DNA of 64,000 nucleotides from Macrostomum lignano (taxonomy: Eukaryota), in assembly GCA_002269645.1 (NCBI GenBank), contig NIVC01001380.1:186001-250000 (forward strand). Direction: 5' to 3'. Under the pieces are notes generated by a model. It did no database searches, was not told the DNA's origin, and saw nothing but the letters and a program-made list of their open reading frames with translations. Each line of letters opens with the position of its first letter. Position 1 is the first letter of the stretch. A program made the position numbers and the translations under genes. Positions 59,907 to 64,000 of this stretch are shown here, piece by piece.

Positions 59907-61010
59907 CAGAACACTTGTTAACAGTTAAACATTTACATGTGGCTACGAGGTTCGATATTACACGTATTTAATTCATGCAGTTGACAAAATCAAGGCACCA
60001 AAAGACTGATGCAGCTATAAAACCTTGCATGCAATGCTGCTGCGGTTATGTAGTTACAGTTTTATCACGTCGAAAAGCGTTTTATTTTGTACTCGTTGCT
60101 ATACATGTAACTGCATAGTATACTCAACAACAAAAAAGTCGCCACCTTTGAGAGTGCGCAGTAAATTCCAGCTCAGTATTGACTTTTGGGTGACGCAACT
60201 TGCGCCACGCGACGCAGAGTTGGGCTGGGTGAGGAGGGATTGGGAAGAGCGGAGGGCGAAGATTGAAGCTTCCACCCGGTTTTCATTGTTGTTTTCAAGC
60301 GTTAATATTAAAATTGGAAAAGACACTATACTCACTGGGGCAAAGGGTGGGCCGGGACTTTTCAATGTTGCTGAGTCTATATTTCAACGATGAAATTGCC
60401 ATCAAATGATGCCTAGTGTGTGATCGTGCAGTGAGAATGATACCCCACCTCGTTAATGTGTTTATGAATACAACAGTCCAACTTGTATGGCATAAGTCAC
60501 GTTTGATATATCGATCGATAGACGTACTGCAGTATCCAGGGGTGTGACGTTGCAGTCCCAAACAATCCTGCTTTTAAATTGCTGAAACCTGGACGCTGAT
60601 CGCGGCTGATGGACTCGTTCGAACAGCAAAATTATAGATGAGACCAGTTGATAGACTATTTAAAACGGGCAGTGACTGGTGGTGAGCAAAAAATTAAGTA
60701 ATACACAGGGACTACTCAAACAGTGTTTGATCGTAGTCCCTGGTAGTACACACACACATGTATTCATTCGACAGGAGGCATGCATCCAGGGCTAGGGTCA
60801 AACTTCCTGCGGATAAAATTGTGGTTATACATGTATCGTAATTACTGCCTATCAAATACATGTATACTGTATACATGTACAGCTAAATGAGTTGCTAAAT
60901 GTATGCTTCAGAATTTCATTTTACAATTACATGAACACCCCTCACACGTGTAATCCTAGCCCTGTAAGTGTATGTATGCGGAAAATTAAATTGACTAAAC
61001 GTATACATAC

Positions 61011-64000
61011 AAAACAACAACAACAGCAACAGAGTACGCTGTCAGTTCGCGAAAGCAGCGTCAGATGGCGCGCTTCGAAGCTTGGGCGCGAACAAAGGCC
61101 GCACCACCGGCAGAGTCCGGGGCGCCGGCGTCAGCCAGCAGACAGTCGACGTAGCGCCGAGTCCTCGCCTGTCCCCGCCGATAGGGTGCCTGCAACGTAA
61201 GTAGCAGCACCTCCTGCACCGGCTCCGGACAGTAGGCCTCGGCGCGGATGACGTAGCCTGCCAGCTGGAGTCACCGACGGCGCAGCAGATCGCTAGGACA
61301 GGCCAGGCCGGCGCGATGATAGAGCGCCGTGTTGGTGACTCGCTCGTTGCCGATCTTGAAGGCGGCGCGCAGCAGGCCAGCGTGCGCCGCGTCGACTTGA
61401 GCCTCGAGCGAGTCTGTCAGCGTCCAGGTCTCGGCGTTGTATAACAGGACGGTCTCGATCACCGCCTGGAACAGCGCCGCCCTCTGGCGGTCCGGTAGGG
61501 CCTCGGACTGCAGGACTGACCTTATAGAACGAAAGGCAGCCCAGGCAAGTCCTCGGCGACGCCGCAGATCCTCGCGGACGTCGGGAACCAGACCGCCCAG
61601 ATAGACGAACTGCTGACATCTTGGAAGCTCACTCGCCTGTCTGTCAGCGCCTCGGCAGAATATTGCAGCCTCGGTGTCGTCCGGCACGCATAGCACGACG
61701 GTCTTCTGCGTGTTGACCACCAGGCCGACGCTCGCCGCAACGGCAACCAGCCTATCCAGCTGTCGTTGGGCGCCCTCGACGGTCGAGGACAGCAGGGCGA
61801 GGTCATCGGCTTAGCCAAGCACGCTGAGCCGTCTCTCCGGTTGGCGTCGACCCACGCGTCGCCGCAGCAGGAAGCCGTCGTCGTTGGAAGGCAGAGCAGT
61901 CCGTAGCACCCAGTCAAGCACCAGAATAAATAGGAACGGCGCTAGCGTATCTCCCTGGAGCACCCCGGAGGATGTCTCGAAGAAATCCGATAGGCCGTCC
62001 GGTGTTGAGACAGCAGCCGTCGTGCCGTGGTACAGCGCCATGACAGCAGAAATCAGCAGCTCTGGCACGCTGTACGCACGGAGCACCTTCGGGAGCGCGT
62101 CCCTCACGACCGAGTCGAAGGCCTTCCTGAAATCGACGAAGATCAGGATCAGGGTCAACTGGCGGATGCGCGCCTCCTCGATGACTCGGCGAAGAGCCAG
62201 GATCTGCGTCACTGTGCCGCGATGGGGCCGGAATCCGTTCTGCTCAGGCCGCAGGTACGGGTCCAGCACAGGCTGTAACCGCGATAGCAGCATGCGGTTG
62301 AACAGCTTCGCGGCGCAGGACTGTAGGCAGATGCCTCGATGCTCCTCGAGCTTGGTGGTGCCCGGCTTCTTTGGAATGGCGACGATGTGCGCCGTGGTCC
62401 ATTCGTTTGGCGCCACCTCACCGGAAAGCACGCGGTTCATCACTCTGGCGACCTCAGTGGCCACACAGTGGATCCGCAGCGCCTCGATGGGCACCTCGTC
62501 CGGACCAAGCGCTTTGCCGCCCGGCGACTGCCGAGCGAACTTCACAACGTCGGCTGTGCTGACTGGGGCAACGTTGAAGCTCTCCTCCGCCGGCACGGCG
62601 TCTCCGGCGGCAGACTCAGATTTCTGGAAGCGGAGGGGGCGGCGCGTTGACAATGGCGGCGAAGAACTCGCGCAGCTCGTTCCTGCGTTCATCCGGAGTG
62701 TCGCCTGCCAGGTTGAGCGCGATGCGCCGCTTTCGCCCCGTCAGAGTGTTGATGATGGACCAGGCCACGCGCCCTCTGGCATCGGGCCCTGCGGCAGAGA
62801 CGGCTTGGATGGCGTCATCGACAGCGGACTGCTGCCGCTGCAGGTAGACAGCCGCCAGAGCCTCCTCCGCCTCGCGAGTTTGCCGCCCACTCTGACGGAG
62901 CCTCTCCAGATCTTCCCTCGCTTCGTCGATCGCGGCGTCGTCCTGCCAGACCGGCTGCCCGCGCTGGGCCGGTCGCATCAGCGGGACTGCTTGCTCCGCA
63001 GCGGCTCGAACTGCAGCGCTCACCTCCGCGTACTCGGCTCCTCCACGCTTGTCACCCAGCGCAGTGACAAAGGCACCGGCAAAGCGACGTCGCGTCTCGG
63101 CGTCTCTGAGCGCGCGGTAGTAGCGCCGCGGTGGCCGCTTTGGCGGACGGTAGAGCGGGTCCCGAAGCCGAAGGTCGCAGATGAGCAGCCGATGGTCGGA
63201 CCGCAGAGCCAGCGGCGTAATGGTGCGGCAGTTGGTGACGCGGCGGCGCTCACGAAAGCGCACAAGCACGTGGTCGAGCTGTGCCAGCCTCCGCGTAGCG
63301 TTCCGGCCGCGCGCGTTCCGCCGCCTCCGCTTGCAGCCCACGAAGGTCGCGAGCCTGCCCGGTGACTTGCGGAATCTGGTGTTGGCCGACACCATGTCCT
63401 GTCTCTCCAGGAAGTCCTCTAGCGCTCCGGTGTTGCCGTTCTCGCGCGCTGTCACGAACAGCGATCGCTCGGACCTACGCAGAACTGCGTTCAGGTCTCC
63501 GAGAATGACCACTGTGTCACGTTGCGCCATCTCCTCCACCCGCACCGAGAGTTGCTCGAAGATGGCCTGAGCCTCATCGGAGCGGGTAGCAGGCGGCGCG
63601 TACGCGCAGAACAGGCGGGCGTTCCGGCCGCGAAGCCGGACGTCGACCCGAAGCAGCCGAGAAGACAGGGAGACGCAGCGACAGCTCTGCTGCAGCCTCG
63701 GTCCGATCAGCGCTCCAACTCCTCCACGGCCTCGCTTATCCGCTGAGGTGTACCAGAGTGTCCAACCGGCGCCCAGGTCCTCACAGTGAAGTCCGGGGTC
63801 GGCTCTGATAGACACCTCCTGTAGTGCGATGACATCACAGCTGAGGTCGAGCGCTAGCCTCGCCAGCAGCCATCTCCGCCATGTGGCCTTGAGAGTGCGG
63901 CAGTTCAGCGTCCCGACTCGAAGCGTGCCCTCTGGTACGGCTGGGGCTCGGTGCTGGTGAGCCTCATGGTCCCCGGCGCCACCCGGAAGATCCAATTGGG
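61011..64000 (-). mobile_element. RTE-like non-LTR retrotransposon, decayed; 5' end beyond the window
   Basis: APE GTLNCRTL..ALQEV..GDLNA..QLDHVL..SDHRLL (62616-63995); RT EQNGFR..VDFRKAFDS..GVLQGDTLAPFLF (61811-62692); frameshift near 62620; YADD changed to *ADD at 61811; stop at 61271; short (GTT)n tail at 61011-61030. Confidence 0.92.

Noticed and set aside
60025-60393. 122-aa + strand ORF downstream of the GPCR
   Set aside because: No recognisable domain or splice context; could be 3' UTR or an element remnant.
61884-63365. 493-aa + strand ORF
   Set aside because: It is the antisense shadow of the GC-rich RTE-like LINE coding sequence.

Overview
Repeat-rich invertebrate (metazoan) genomic DNA with GT-AG introns. 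Nearly every intron holds a minisatellite, which is reminiscent of the flatworm Macrostomum (inference only). Host genes are: a LTO1/ORAOV1-like gene with an in-frame 10-aa repeat (+, ~4.9-5.9 kb); a small intronless secreted prepropeptide gene (+, 8600-8881); a 5-Ig Kirrel/Neph/SYG-1-like adhesion gene (-, ~29.5 kb to ~10.3-12 kb); DLAT, pyruvate dehydrogenase E2 (-, ~53.0-43.2 kb); and an intronless class-B/adhesion-type GPCR (+, 58074-59906). Mobile elements are a decayed mariner (1.9-3.5 kb), an intact Ingi/I-group LINE (15051-19756), a hAT-type MITE (51878-52176), a decayed Ngaro/DIRS retroelement (~53.9-57.3 kb) and a decayed RTE-like LINE (61.0 kb to the window end). The most striking observation is that the intact LINE sits antisense inside the transmembrane-coding exon of the Kirrel-like gene, with a 12-bp TSD. 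Its (AAC)n tail, read antisense, supplies poly-Val that completes a new TM helix. The LINE also carries a 2A ribosome-skipping motif (GDIETNPGP) with no upstream AUG, three PHD-like fingers and a possible HDV-like 5' fold. All exon boundaries and folds were assigned by eye and are unverified.
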